NCBI GenBank assembly: GCA_963769425.1
Contig: CAVYLP010000006.1
Span: 32,001 to 96,000, forward strand
Origin: Candidatus Bathyarchaeota archaeon
Lineage (GTDB): Archaea; Thermoproteota; Bathyarchaeia; TCS64
DNA: 64,000 nucleotides
Reading direction: 5' to 3'
Every line of letters starts with the position of its first letter. The stretch's first letter is position 1. Shown one piece after another: positions 39,668-50,295 of the stretch. The notes below the pieces were generated by a model. The model was given only the letters and a program-made list of their open reading frames with translations. It did no database searches and had not been told where the DNA came from. A program made the position numbers and the translations under genes.

Positions 39668-39900
39668 ATGAAACGTACTCGTTTAACATGAGAATCGATA
39701 TGCTATTCACAATCGCACGTGGGAAAAAAATAATAAATATGTAACTCAATACGTAGGAAAATTGGAGTATTTCGTATGATAGTTCAATACATTAGGTACG
39801 ATACTTAGTTTTTATCGAAGTGCTGCATTTTATGGTTAGCATCTAAATTATCAAATCAACTAAAAAACTAAGAAATTATTAGTATATCAGGTGGAGCTGA
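39668..39900 (+). pseudogene. possible decayed winged-HTH regulator
   Basis: MKRTRL/MRIDMLFTIARG fragments in AT-rich DNA. Confidence 0.25.
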
Positions 39901-39943
39901 GGATAAGACTACTGATTAATTAAAGCGAGTCTATAACTAGGGT

Positions 39944-41319
39944 TTAATCCCATTTTAAACCGCAGTCCTTGAACTCGGCTTTAACCTTGGTTATGAGCGA
40001 TTCGTACTCGGGCTCGGTCTATGTTTTTGCAGGTCGTAGCACTCAGTGATGAGCTTTCCCTTCTCAGGGGTCGGGGATGTCGTCAACTTTTCGATTATAC
40101 CCTTAAACATTGGGTAGACATCGCCCCTCTTTACGCCAGCTCTTATCGCTGCATCTGAGGCATCTATCATCAACTCCACGTCCGCCGGGGTCTGCCCCCC
40201 GTTCATCCGGCTCCTGCTGACCCTCGGCGTGTATAGATTAGCGCCATTCACAGCTGCTTCAACACTGCGTAGAATCAGCTCCTCCAAGTGACTCTCTGTG
40301 CAGAGCTCGGATACGGGTATGGGCCAATGCATTGGGATGCCCTTACAGTTACGTATCGTTGCCTGGTAGACGACTGACCTTGCGAAGTTCACGGGGAACA
40401 TTGCGCGCTTCATGCCACTGATGTGGTTGAAGTGCTCTACCCCGTTGTAGTAGAGATTGTCGCGGTAGACCATCCAGGCAATAATCGTCTTAGCCAGGCT
40501 CTCGATTATAGCTCCACCTGGCCCCCCTGCAAATCCGCCCACTATCCCGAAGCTACCGCTTATTCCGAAGTATCCGTGGCTTTGAAGAATAAGGGCCGCG
40601 GTGATCAGGTCGTATTGGACCTTCACATCAGGTAGAACCGATAGAAGGACGCCGTCTGTTGGCCTTAGCCCAGCTACGGGGTCGATGGTGGCGAGGAATG
40701 AGGAGGCCTCCGTGCTGATTGGGTAGTAGACTATGGCTGCGCCTGGTCTCCCTGCTTTCCTGATTCCCTCTCTGAGCCACGCCACCTGACGCTTAGAGGC
40801 ATAGGCCTCCAGTGGCTCCCCGTATAACTCGTATCCATCGATGGCGGGGAGGTTGAAGCCTTCGAGGAAGTCGAGTCGGGGGATCATCGCGAAGTTCTGG
40901 ACGACGATGTTAGCCAGGTCCTCGGTGAAGGGCGCGTGGTGGCCCGGCGCGATGTTGAGGGGCTCCTTTCCTTCGATCTTGTGCTGGTGCCAGATCCTCG
41001 CGTCTTTTCCCTCGCCCATTATGACCTCGCTCTGCATAGCTTTTATGGCTTCATTCACCTCTTCCTCTGAGAACCTGACAACTCGCTCGCTGTCTATGCA
41101 TAGGCAGCCTACATCGACCACGAACCGTACAGCTGCTTGCCACGCCGAGTCGGCTAAGCTGTTGTCTACGTTCAGCCAGTTAGACGGGTCGTTTGGAATA
41201 TCTATTTTATACTCTTTCTCCAGTTCCTGCATTTTCTTGAAGAGGGCGATGTCCCAATCCTTGATTGTCTTCTTGGGCCCTCTCCGCATACGATCAACGA
41301 CTTCAACCAGGCTGATCAT
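39944..41319 (-). CDS. MtmB-family (monomethylamine:corrinoid-like) methyltransferase, pyrrolysine-free; frameshift ~40010
   Basis: AGRPG, GGFAGGP, GKLITECYDL; alternative frame restores EYESLITKVKAEFKDCGLKWD*. Confidence 0.85.
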
Positions 41320-41462
41320 TATACTCAAATCAATATCCATGTTCGACTTAATAGCATTAGATGAAGCATCATCTAATTCACATAGAAGAATCCTATTTGA
41401 GAGCTTCACTTACCCGTTAATATGAAATACGGATTCGATTGTTAGACTGTCAGTGAGACTTC

Positions 41463-42134
41463 TTGACTGGTGAGGAACAGGTTCTGCAGAAACTGTATGA
41501 GGCAGTGTTAAACTTCGACTCCACAGCCGCAGAGAATGCCGCGAAGGAGGCTATGGCCCTGAACATGGATCCGATCAAGGCCATCGAGGACGGACTTGCC
41601 AAGGGGCTCAGGGAGATTGGCGACAAGTTTGAGCGTGGCGAACTCTACCTCCCCCACCTCATCATGGGCGCGGACGCTATGGAAGCGGCCATCAAGATCC
41701 TAGAGGGGCACATGACTCAAGCTGGTTTAGATGCAACAAGCAGAGGAACAGTCGTTATCGGAACCGTGGAGGGTGACATCCACGACCTAGGTCTCCGCAT
41801 AGTCTCATCGATGCTTCGGGCCAACGGTTTCAAGGTCTACGATCTGGGCTTCAACACGAAGAGTCTAGACTTCATTGAGAAGGCGAAGGAGGTCAACGCG
41901 GACATAATCGCGGTCTCATCGCTGATGACGACCACCATGCCTTTCATGAAAGACCTCATCGAGTCGCTGGAGGCTTCCGGGCTCCGGAGCAAGTTTTTGG
42001 TGGTCGTTGGTGGTGGTCCAGTCACAGAGCAGTGGGCGAAGGAGATCGGCGCAGACGGATATGGACGAGACGCAGCTGAGGCAGTTCGGGCTGCGAGAGA
42101 GTTGATGAAGCGCAAGAGGGGATCGGCACCTTGA
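41463..42134 (+). CDS. corrinoid protein (MtmC/MtaC-like)
   Basis: GTVEGDIHDLG, SSLMTTT, VGGGP, IGADGY. Confidence 0.95.
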   Translation: MTGEEQVLQKLYEAVLNFDSTAAENAAKEAMALNMDPIKAIEDGLAKGLREIGDKFERGELYLPHLIMGADAMEAAIKILEGHMTQAGLDATSRGTVVIGTVEGDIHDLGLRIVSSMLRANGFKVYDLGFNTKSLDFIEKAKEVNADIIAVSSLMTTTMPFMKDLIESLEASGLRSKFLVVVGGGPVTEQWAKEIGADGYGRDAAEAVRAARELMKRKRGSAP

Positions 42135-43546
42135 CTTCACCTAACCTTTGGGAGGTCCTTGACAGGGCATGCAACACCGGTCCGGTTATGCCCGGCAAGG
42201 ACTTCGACATGAAGCTATTCCATACTACCACGAGACTCGTCAAGGAACACGACATCAAGTACGACCCGAATACTCCTGTGACGAGCGACGACGGACTAGC
42301 CGACGAGGCCTGGAATGCCGGACTGGAATTGTTCGAGGAGATTGGGTCATACTGCATCAACTCGGGCAGAGTCATCAAGTTTGAGCCCTCCGAGATCAGG
42401 GATGGACTAAGGGACCTACGCGGAGATGCAGTGGTCGGCGATGGGGCCGAGAGGAGGGTTCTAACCCTCAGGGGTGTTGAGGACAAGCGGCCTCCCTCAA
42501 TCGTAGCTGGTGGTGTGATAGAGAGTGACTTCCCCGAGGGCGAGAACTTCGTAAAGCTCTATCAGAGCATTGCTCAAGAGCCCCTCATCGACGGATTCTA
42601 TGTTGGTCCTCCTCTGCACACATCTGAGGGACGACTCGTTAGATCAGGGACTCCGCTCGAGATGCATAGTGGGAAGTCGATGGCTACTTGGGTTCGCGAA
42701 GCTGTTAGGCGTGCAGGTAGGCCGGGGCTCCACTTCGTCTCAGCGTGCACCCCATCTATCGCGAATGTAGCGGCATCTGATCCAATCGAAGGCATTAGGC
42801 GCACGGACGGCATTGTGGCGACGATCATGCCTGAGCTGAAGACTGACTACGAGAACCTGAACAAGGTCACATTTGCACATGACTACGGCTGCATTAAACA
42901 CATCTACAACGGCGGGATGATCGGCGGATGGGCGGGTGGACCCGAGGGAGCCCTCATCGCTTCGATTGCTAACGCCTTGATGGCTGTCATGGTCTACAAG
43001 ATTAATGTAGGCTCCTCCTACAATGCGTTGGGATACCTAAGGGCTTCTGCTCCAAACTACAGTGCCTTCGTCACCCGCCCCTGCATCTGGGGTTCGTCTA
43101 TTGGCAGCCAGGCTCTCTCAAGGAACACGAGGATCATCAACACTGGGCTCGCCATGACCAACGCGGGGCCAGGCACGGAGATGCAGTTCCAGGAGATGGC
43201 CGCTGCCCAATGCGCCGCAATCCCATGCGGCAGGGAGGGTCTATCGCAGGGTGCGAGAAGGTTCAAGGTCAGGCCTCTACTAGGCAGCGGTCTCGAGAAC
43301 AGGTTCTGGTCTGAGTTAGGCTACGCCATGGCGGGGGTGAAGAGAGACCTTGCCAATACCATCGCAAATTCACTGCTTCCAAGGTACGAAAACAAAATCA
43401 CCAGAGAATCTGATGGAGGCCCACCCGGACACACCTTCGACGAGATATACGACTTGACGACTCTGAAACCTAGGCAACAGTTCCTAGATATTTACGAAAA
43501 GGTGAAGAAGGACCTGGAGGACCTCGGCCTAGAATTCAGATGTTAA
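42131..43546 (+). CDS. MtmB-family methyltransferase, pyrrolysine-free
   Basis: AGRPG, ELKTD, GGWAGGPEG, AGPGTEM, KKDLEDLGLEF; no in-frame TAG. Confidence 0.9.
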   Translation: MTSPNLWEVLDRACNTGPVMPGKDFDMKLFHTTTRLVKEHDIKYDPNTPVTSDDGLADEAWNAGLELFEEIGSYCINSGRVIKFEPSEIRDGLRDLRGDAVVGDGAERRVLTLRGVEDKRPPSIVAGGVIESDFPEGENFVKLYQSIAQEPLIDGFYVGPPLHTSEGRLVRSGTPLEMHSGKSMATWVREAVRRAGRPGLHFVSACTPSIANVAASDPIEGIRRTDGIVATIMPELKTDYENLNKVTFAHDYGCIKHIYNGGMIGGWAGGPEGALIASIANALMAVMVYKINVGSSYNALGYLRASAPNYSAFVTRPCIWGSSIGSQALSRNTRIINTGLAMTNAGPGTEMQFQEMAAAQCAAIPCGREGLSQGARRFKVRPLLGSGLENRFWSELGYAMAGVKRDLANTIANSLLPRYENKITRESDGGPPGHTFDEIYDLTTLKPRQQFLDIYEKVKKDLEDLGLEFRC

Positions 43547-43574
43547 CTGCACCGGACAACAACAATACTGTTAA

Positions 43575-45496
43575 ATGGAAAAATGTCTTGGACTCATTAA
43601 CTTGAGTCCTTCAACTAAGGTGCTCTTTGAACCGATTGGAAAGAAGATTGACGCCTCAGCCAACGAAACCATTCTCGAAATTGCGACTCGAGCAGGCATA
43701 GGTATCAGATCGGAGTGCGGTGGAGTCCAGACTTGCGGGAAATGTCGAGTCGTGGTGAAGAATAGGAAAGGGTTAACGAGCCTGACGGAGAAGGAGAGGC
43801 AGATCCTTTCCCAGGAAAATATCTCCGAGGGAAATCGTCTGGCGTGTGCTGCAAAAATAGTCGCAGGCTTGGAGCACTTGACGATCACGCTTCCGCCAAA
43901 TAGCCTCGTTAGAGAACGAAAATTCATGGAGGAAGGAATCGAAGGGAAGGTGAAGCTCGACCCTGCATTTAGAAAACTTGTTGTTACCGTGTCCAAACCC
44001 GCTATAGGTGATCGGAGATCTGACGAAGTCAGGCTCTTGGACAGCCTCAGTGAGAGATATGGATTGAGACTCTTATCAGTTGACTACTCTGTTCTGAAGG
44101 ATCTCCCCAACCACCTCTACTCTACTGATGCTGTAACAGCAGTTGTTTGGGATGAATCCCAATTGATCTCTCTCGAAAAAGGAGATACAAGCAGCATACA
44201 GTATGCTTTAGCCATCGACGTTGGTACCTCGAGAATCACTTGCTCACTTGTAGATACTTCAACCGGAAGTAGGCTCGCACGGAAATCGATAGAGAATCCA
44301 CAGATCACGTACGGCGAGGATGTCATGACCCGTGCCTCCTTCTCTCAAGCGAGCGTCGAAAATCGAGATCTATTGCAGCAAACAGTTGTCGAGGGGATCA
44401 ACCAGCTCATAAAAACCCTCTGCGCTGAGAGCCACATCTCACCGTCTAACATCTACGAGGCCGTCGTGGTGGGCAACACAGTCATGCACCATATGCTTCT
44501 CGGCATAGAGACGAGACATCTTGCGATGTCCCCATTTGAGCCAGCGACTAAAGCCTCGATCCACCTAAAATCAGGAGAATTGGGGCTAAATATGAATCAC
44601 GGGGGAATTGTAACTCTACTGCCGATAATTGATGTTTTTGTCGGATCTGATGCGGTCGGAGACATCATCTCAACAGGGTTGTATCGATGCAGAAAGCCTA
44701 GCCTCCTTCTAGACATAGGGACAAACACCGAAGTCATGCTAAACCACAATGGAATCGTATCTGCCTGCTCCTGTGCATCTGGTCCAGCCTTCGAGGGTGT
44801 GCACATCGAACACGGGATGAAAGCGGTAACTGGAGCGATCGAAAGCCTTCGAATAAGTGGCGTAGACCTCGAATTGAGCTACGATGTAATAGGGGGAGAC
44901 AAACCCATCGGTCTCTGCGGATCAGGAATAGTTGATGCCGTAGCTCAGCTTCTTTCAATGGGGATCATTGACAGAGTTGGCAGGTTTAACACCTCATCCG
45001 AAACGCCGAGGCTGAAGAAGCAAAACGGAGTCATCAAGTTCGTGGTGGCTTGGAGCGAGGAAAGTGGAACAGGTAGCGAGATCACAATTTCCCAGAAGGA
45101 TATAACCGAGGTCATTCTCGCAAAGGCGGCTATCTACTCTGCCTGCGCTTCTCTAATGGCGATGAAGAAGTTAGGAACCAAGGACATAAACAAAATTATG
45201 GTGGCGGGGGCTTTTGGCAGCCACCTGGATAAGAACAACGCTAAGGCAATAGGGCTGTTGCCGGCGGTAGATAACCATAGGATTCTTTTCGTGGGTAACT
45301 CGGCTTTGGCGGGTGCTGAGATGGCGCTCAGATCAAGGAGTAGTCGACTCCTATCTAATAGGGTATCAGAGAGCACTGAATACGTGGAGCTGGCTACAAG
45401 CAACGACTTCGACAGGGAGTTCACGGGAGCGCTCTGGCTGCCCCATCGTGACCTAAACAGATTCCATGTGGAAGCAATAACAAGAATTTGGATTAA
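43575..45496 (+). CDS. ASKHA-domain reductive activator of corrinoid proteins (COG3894; probable C-terminal frameshift ~45465)
   Basis: CGGVQTCGKC...RLAC [2Fe-2S]; IDVGT, NPQITYGEDV, DIGTNTE, ASGPAFEG, GLCGSG. Confidence 0.9.
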
Positions 45497-45562
45497 CCTG
45501 TTTATTATCTTTTTTTCAGAAAAATTCATCGCGAATCCACGGTGCGCCGAGGCTGAATCACG

Positions 45563-46853
45563 ATGGGTTTACTCAACAGGATGAGGGCGAGACCGCTCCC
45601 GGTCATTCTCTTCACAGTCTTCGTTGACCTAATAGGCTATGGGATAGTCTTACCGATTGAGCCCCTACTGCTCGCCGACCCCTCATCGAAGTATTACCTG
45701 ATTCCGCAGGGGCTGACCGTAAATGAGGGGTACATCATCCTCGGACTCCTGATCGGCGCGTACTCGATCGCGCAGTTCATCACCACCCCGATCATTGGGC
45801 AGGTCTCGGATCACAGGGGGAGAAAGAACCTTCTACTGTTCTCGCTCGCGGGGATAGGTGTCTCTTACCTCATGTTCGTCGTAGGCATCTCCCTGAGGAG
45901 CATCCCCCTCCTATTTGTGGCGCGTATAATTATGGGGGCGACGGGTGGGGACGTCGCCATCGTCCAGGCGGCGACAGCCGACATCAGCAGGCCGGAGGAT
46001 AGGGTGAAGAACTTCGCACTCGTGGGCGCCGCGTTTGGACTGGGCTTCGTAGTCGGACCCGTCCTCGGCGGGATCCTCTCCGACTCGACCCTCGTTAGCT
46101 GGTTCGACGCGACTACGCCGTTCTGGTTCGCGGCTGGTCTGAGCGTTGCGAACATCGTCTCGGTCCTCGTTCTCTTCCCCGAGACACTGAAGACGTTGAA
46201 AAAGGATTCACGCGTCATCTGGCGGCGCGCGCTCGTCGACATAGTTCACGCCTTCTCGATAGGGGAGCTAAAGATACTCTACGCTTCGGCGCTCCTATTT
46301 TACGCTGGCTTCGCCTTCTTCGCAACCTTCGCCTCCGTCTTCCTCATAAATAAGTTCGGTTTCACTCAGACGGGGATCGGGACCTTTTTCGCCTGGGTGG
46401 GGGCATGGATAACGATCTCGCAGGTCCTAATCACGGGCAGGCTCTCGCGGCGCTTCACGGAGTATCAGGTCCTTAAGATTCAGCCTCGTCGCGATGGGGG
46501 TTCTTCTTCTACTCTTCAACCTGCCGACGCAAGGCTGGGAGCTATACCTTCTCGTGCCCTTCTTCTCGACGCTGATCGGACTCTCATTCGCCAACAACGT
46601 CTCCATAGTGAGCCGCTCGGTGGGCCCCGAGATTCAGGGAGAGGTACTCGGAATCAATGCTAGTGTTAGGTCCCTTGGCATGGGCATCCCGCCCCTCCTT
46701 TCAGGGTTCATCGCGGCCAGCCTGACCCCCGAGGCACCCGTGATCGTCTCAGGCATCGTGGCGCTGATATCGGGGCTCATCTTCCTCGTCTTCTATAAGC
46801 CAAGCCCTGATCAGAGAAAGATTTCCAGGAGTAAAAAAAACTCAGGTAAATGA
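45563..46853 (+). CDS. MFS efflux transporter (TetA-like; frameshift ~46478)
   Basis: GQVSDHRGRK, GFVVGPVLGG; last TMs lie in the 46494-46853 frame. Confidence 0.85.
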
Positions 46854-46892
46854 ATCTAAAAGGGTTTAAAATGAGGCGGCGAGCGGAGCCGC

Positions 46893-47300
46893 TTACTGGG
46901 TCTTGTAGTGGGCGTCGTAGTAGGCGCTGAGGTCGTCGAGGACGGCCTTGCGCGTCTTCATCGACTCTAAGCCCGCCTTGAGGTGCATCCTACCCTCCTC
47001 TGTGAGGGTGTAGACGCGCCTGTCTGGCCCCGCCTCCTTCTCCTGCCACTCGCTGGACAGGAGGCCGCGATGCTCCATGCGGCGGAGTACCGTGTAGACG
47101 GCCCCTGGCTCGATCTTCTCGGGCTGGGCTAACCCGCGCTTGTTAAGCTCCTCCATGAGCTGGTATCCATGCATGGGCTTCTCGTCGAGGAGGCGCAGGA
47201 AGATTATCCCTACCCAGCCGCGCTGGGGGTGGTGCATCTGGTGGTGTACCTCGGCTTCGCCGCCGTGGCAGCCACACTCTCTACCTTCGTGACCGTTCAT
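46893..47300 (-). CDS. PadR family transcriptional regulator
   Basis: PMHGYQLM, PGAVYTVLRRME, RRVYTLTEEG; His/Cys-rich N-terminus. Confidence 0.9.
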   Translation of the reverse strand: MNGHEGRECGCHGGEAEVHHQMHHPQRGWVGIIFLRLLDEKPMHGYQLMEELNKRGLAQPEKIEPGAVYTVLRRMEHRGLLSSEWQEKEAGPDRRVYTLTEEGRMHLKAGLESMKTRKAVLDDLSAYYDAHYKTQ

Positions 47301-47423
47301 AGTGATCAATGTATAGGTAACAATGTTACATATAAACAATTACATTACCTAAGGTCAGAGCGCGTTCGAGTGTTTGGTTGTTCTAATCTCTGGTTTGATA
47401 TGGGCAGGGGTTGCTGTTTGTGT

Positions 47424-48182
47424 ATGGCGGGTCAGTCTTCGCTGTATGGGGCGATCCTGGCGTTCTCGGTTGTGTTCGCGGGTTTTTCGGTGCTGTGCGT
47501 GTGGACGCCGGCGGGTGTTCCCCTCGGCGCTGTCTGGGGGCACGGACTGGTCCAAGATGTAGTATTCGAGCGTGACTATAAGGCGCTGGAGATTGTTCGG
47601 GCGGGGCTCGTTTACAGGAACCCTTCAGATAGTGCGGTGTCCTTCTACCTGTATTACCCGGTTAGCTATTCGGTCTACGTCGACGGTGTGTTCGATAGGA
47701 GTGGCGGGGAGGGGGTAGAGGGGGAGTGGAAGATAGTGACGGTCCCGGCGGGGGGAGAAGTGGCAGTGAACCACGTAGACTTCCAGCCGGAAGCGGCGGG
47801 CTGGTACGAGGTCGAGTGGGGTGGCGTAAGGAGGGGGATCGAGGTGGCGCCATGCGACGCCGTGGCGAGGATAGTGACCGACAAGGAGTGGTACGAGGAG
47901 GGGGAGAACGGGCACGCCACGCTGGAGTACTACAACGCGAGGACCTATAACGTGACTATCGGCCTTCCTAGCCGCGTTAGGTTCGCCAGCGTCTATCCGG
48001 ATGGAAAACGGGATTCGGTGGATGGGGGCTTCATAGACTGGGCTTACGCCAGCCGCACGCTCGCGCCGGGGGAGGTGCTGAGGGTCACCGAGTTCTACTT
48101 CAAGACGTCGAGGGCGGGTAGCTTCATGCTAGAGGGGATGGGGGCGAAGGCGACAGTATGCGTCCTGCCTGCGTCGCCGTAG
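47424..48182 (+). CDS. membrane-anchored Ig-like surface protein, paralog 1
   Basis: N-terminal TM; VTDKEWYEEGE...YYN...IDW...PGE. Confidence 0.7.
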   Translation: MAGQSSLYGAILAFSVVFAGFSVLCVWTPAGVPLGAVWGHGLVQDVVFERDYKALEIVRAGLVYRNPSDSAVSFYLYYPVSYSVYVDGVFDRSGGEGVEGEWKIVTVPAGGEVAVNHVDFQPEAAGWYEVEWGGVRRGIEVAPCDAVARIVTDKEWYEEGENGHATLEYYNARTYNVTIGLPSRVRFASVYPDGKRDSVDGGFIDWAYASRTLAPGEVLRVTEFYFKTSRAGSFMLEGMGAKATVCVLPASP

Positions 48183-48288
48183 GGCCGCGCGAACTTTCGC
48201 TACCATAGAAAAGCGTTTTTTTTCTGCTGGGGGTGTTCTAATGTCTGGTTATAAATGGAGTGTCGCATGTTTATTTTGTGTTGAGGGT

Positions 48289-48738
48289 ATGTCGGGCTGG
48301 TGGCGGGGACTCGGGCGGGTTCCGAGGGGGTTCCTTCAGGGCGCTGGGTTCCTAGCCTTCGTCGTGCTTCTGGTGGTCCTCGTAGACTCGGCGGCACCGT
48401 TCGGGGGTAGGCTCGACCCTGTGCTCGTAACGGATAGAGATGTCTACACAGTGGGGGAGACGATACGCGTCGAGACTTCGTATGTCAACCCCTACCACTA
48501 CGTCGTCTCGTTCTCGCCCCCCTCCTCGCTTCCCGGCGTCTCAGGGCGCTACGATGGCGAGGCGTCCACGTCCCAATCAATGGTAAACATCAGCTGGGTG
48601 GCGCGGAGCTTCCCTGTGGAGCCCGGGGGCTCATTCATCATGTTCAGGGAGGAGTTCGCGGCGACGAGGGAGGGAAGCTTCGTGGTCAGGTGGATGGGAC
48701 TGAGCAAGACGGTTCAGGTCCTCCGGGGTCCTAGCTGA
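48289..48738 (+). CDS. membrane-anchored Ig-like surface protein, paralog 2
   Basis: VTDRDVYTVGE...YVNP...ISW...PGG. Confidence 0.7.
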   Translation: MSGWWRGLGRVPRGFLQGAGFLAFVVLLVVLVDSAAPFGGRLDPVLVTDRDVYTVGETIRVETSYVNPYHYVVSFSPPSSLPGVSGRYDGEASTSQSMVNISWVARSFPVEPGGSFIMFREEFAATREGSFVVRWMGLSKTVQVLRGPS

Positions 48739-48786
48739 GTGTTCTAATCTCTGGTTTGATAAGCGTGGCCTCTCAGATTATCCTGC

Positions 48787-49536
48787 ATGTCGGGCTCCTC
48801 TTGGGCCGCGTTCCTCGCTTTCACCTTGGCCCTGGCGGGTTTCTCGGGGCTCAGCCTGACCGCCCCCGTCGGGTATCCAGAGGGTTCGCGGTTGGAGAAT
48901 GGCCTCGTCAAGATTGTGATGTTTGAGCCGGTGGATTACAGGAGCCCCTGCTTCGTCTGGGGGCGGCTCGTCTACGTGAACCCGACCGACGTGGACCTCA
49001 GCCTCGACCTCTCGTACCCGATCCCATATGATGTATTCTATGTATCGGGGCGCATCGAGTCTGGGGGACTTGGCGGTGGGCCGACGAGGGTGAAGGTGCC
49101 AGCGCATGGTGAGTATCCGGCCGCATCAATCAGCTTCCAGGCCATGGCACCGGGCCACTATGAGGTTGAGTGTGGTGGGGTTAGTGGTGGCGTTGACGTG
49201 AGGGTTGGAGATGTCGTCATGAGGTTGGTGACGGACAAGCAGCTCTACCAACAGTTCGAAGGAGGAAAAGTAACGTTCGAGTTCTACAACCCCGGTTCTA
49301 GCCCGGCCTCGGCAACTCCACCGTCGCAGATCGAGCTCGGGTTTGAGATCAACGGTGTGAAGCAAGAAAATGGGCAGGGGGTCAACATCGACTGGGTCTC
49401 AGCCAACTTCACTGTGCCACCGGGGGGAACGTTCAAAATATTCACATTTACATTCACGACCTCAAAGGTGGGGCAGCTGACCCTGACTGGGATGGGGCTG
49501 AGGAAGACCGTGAAAGTTCTGCCCCTCGAGCCATAA
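48787..49536 (+). CDS. membrane-anchored Ig-like surface protein, paralog 3
   Basis: VTDKQLYQQFE...FYNP...IDW...PGG. Confidence 0.7.
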   Translation: MSGSSWAAFLAFTLALAGFSGLSLTAPVGYPEGSRLENGLVKIVMFEPVDYRSPCFVWGRLVYVNPTDVDLSLDLSYPIPYDVFYVSGRIESGGLGGGPTRVKVPAHGEYPAASISFQAMAPGHYEVECGGVSGGVDVRVGDVVMRLVTDKQLYQQFEGGKVTFEFYNPGSSPASATPPSQIELGFEINGVKQENGQGVNIDWVSANFTVPPGGTFKIFTFTFTTSKVGQLTLTGMGLRKTVKVLPLEP

Positions 49537-49545
49537 TCTGCTGGA

Positions 49546-50172
49546 TCATCGCCTGTGTGGTGGCGGGTACTTGGGGTAGGCGACGCGACTGTGCCTCAGG
49601 TGGAGGTGCGCCATGGCCTCCGCGATCTCGAGGCTCGCCTCGGCGGGGTCGATAACGGGTAGGTGGATTGACTCGCGCAGGGGGTGGCCCATTGCGAACA
49701 TTCCGAGGCAGTCGAGGTAGAAGGCGTCGTGCCCCTTCGCTTCGAGCTCCCGAATCGTCTTTTCGGTGAGGCGCATGGTCTTCGCCGTGTCCTTTCTCAG
49801 GTCGAGGACGGGGAGGGGGGCGGGGACCGCGACCGGGTTCCTTCCGAGGAGCTGGGAGAGCAGGCGCATAGACTCCCCTGGGCCGACGACGGGGACGTCG
49901 ACGAGCGTGCGCGCCGCCTCCAACCCGGGGTCGCCGGCGCACCAGACGATGATCGCGTCCGCTCCCGACTTCTCAGCGGGGCCGACGAGCTTGAGGACCT
50001 CGGCGGCGGCCTGCGTGTGATCGACGGGGCTCTCTATGGCCAGTGGCCCTTCCCGCACACGCGAATATGTGATCTCGGTGCCCGAGCGGGCAATTGAGGT
50101 GAGGAAGTCGGTGCGGAGTCTTATGGCGGCGTCGTCGAGGCCCGTGATGGGGACGGCGAGATGAATCCTCAA
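49546..50172 (-). CDS. Asp/Glu/hydantoin racemase family protein
   Basis: GPLAIES, WCAGDPG, VPVVGPGE, LDCLGM. Confidence 0.85.
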   Translation of the reverse strand: MRIHLAVPITGLDDAAIRLRTDFLTSIARSGTEITYSRVREGPLAIESPVDHTQAAAEVLKLVGPAEKSGADAIIVWCAGDPGLEAARTLVDVPVVGPGESMRLLSQLLGRNPVAVPAPLPVLDLRKDTAKTMRLTEKTIRELEAKGHDAFYLDCLGMFAMGHPLRESIHLPVIDPAEASLEIAEAMAHLHLRHSRVAYPKYPPPHRR

Positions 50173-50295
50173 CGTAGATCAGTGAGTGTTGGGGTTGCAG
50201 GTGTATATCGCGCTTATGGCTTGCTACTGCTCATAACGAAAAAATACTTTTCGCATTTTTTCGGGGACTCATAAAAAAGATATGAGAAAAATAGT

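Larger units (their letters stand above)
47379..48761 (+). promoter_or_regulatory. three copies of a ~22-bp promoter-like element
   Basis: TGTTCTAATCTCTGGTTTGATA at 47379 and 48740; TGTTCTAATGTCTGGTTATAA at 48234. Confidence 0.75.

Noticed and set aside
39944-43546. Pyrrolysine recoding in the mtmB-like genes
   Set aside because: No in-frame TAG at the Pyl position, no pyl genes seen, and TAG ends many ordinary genes here
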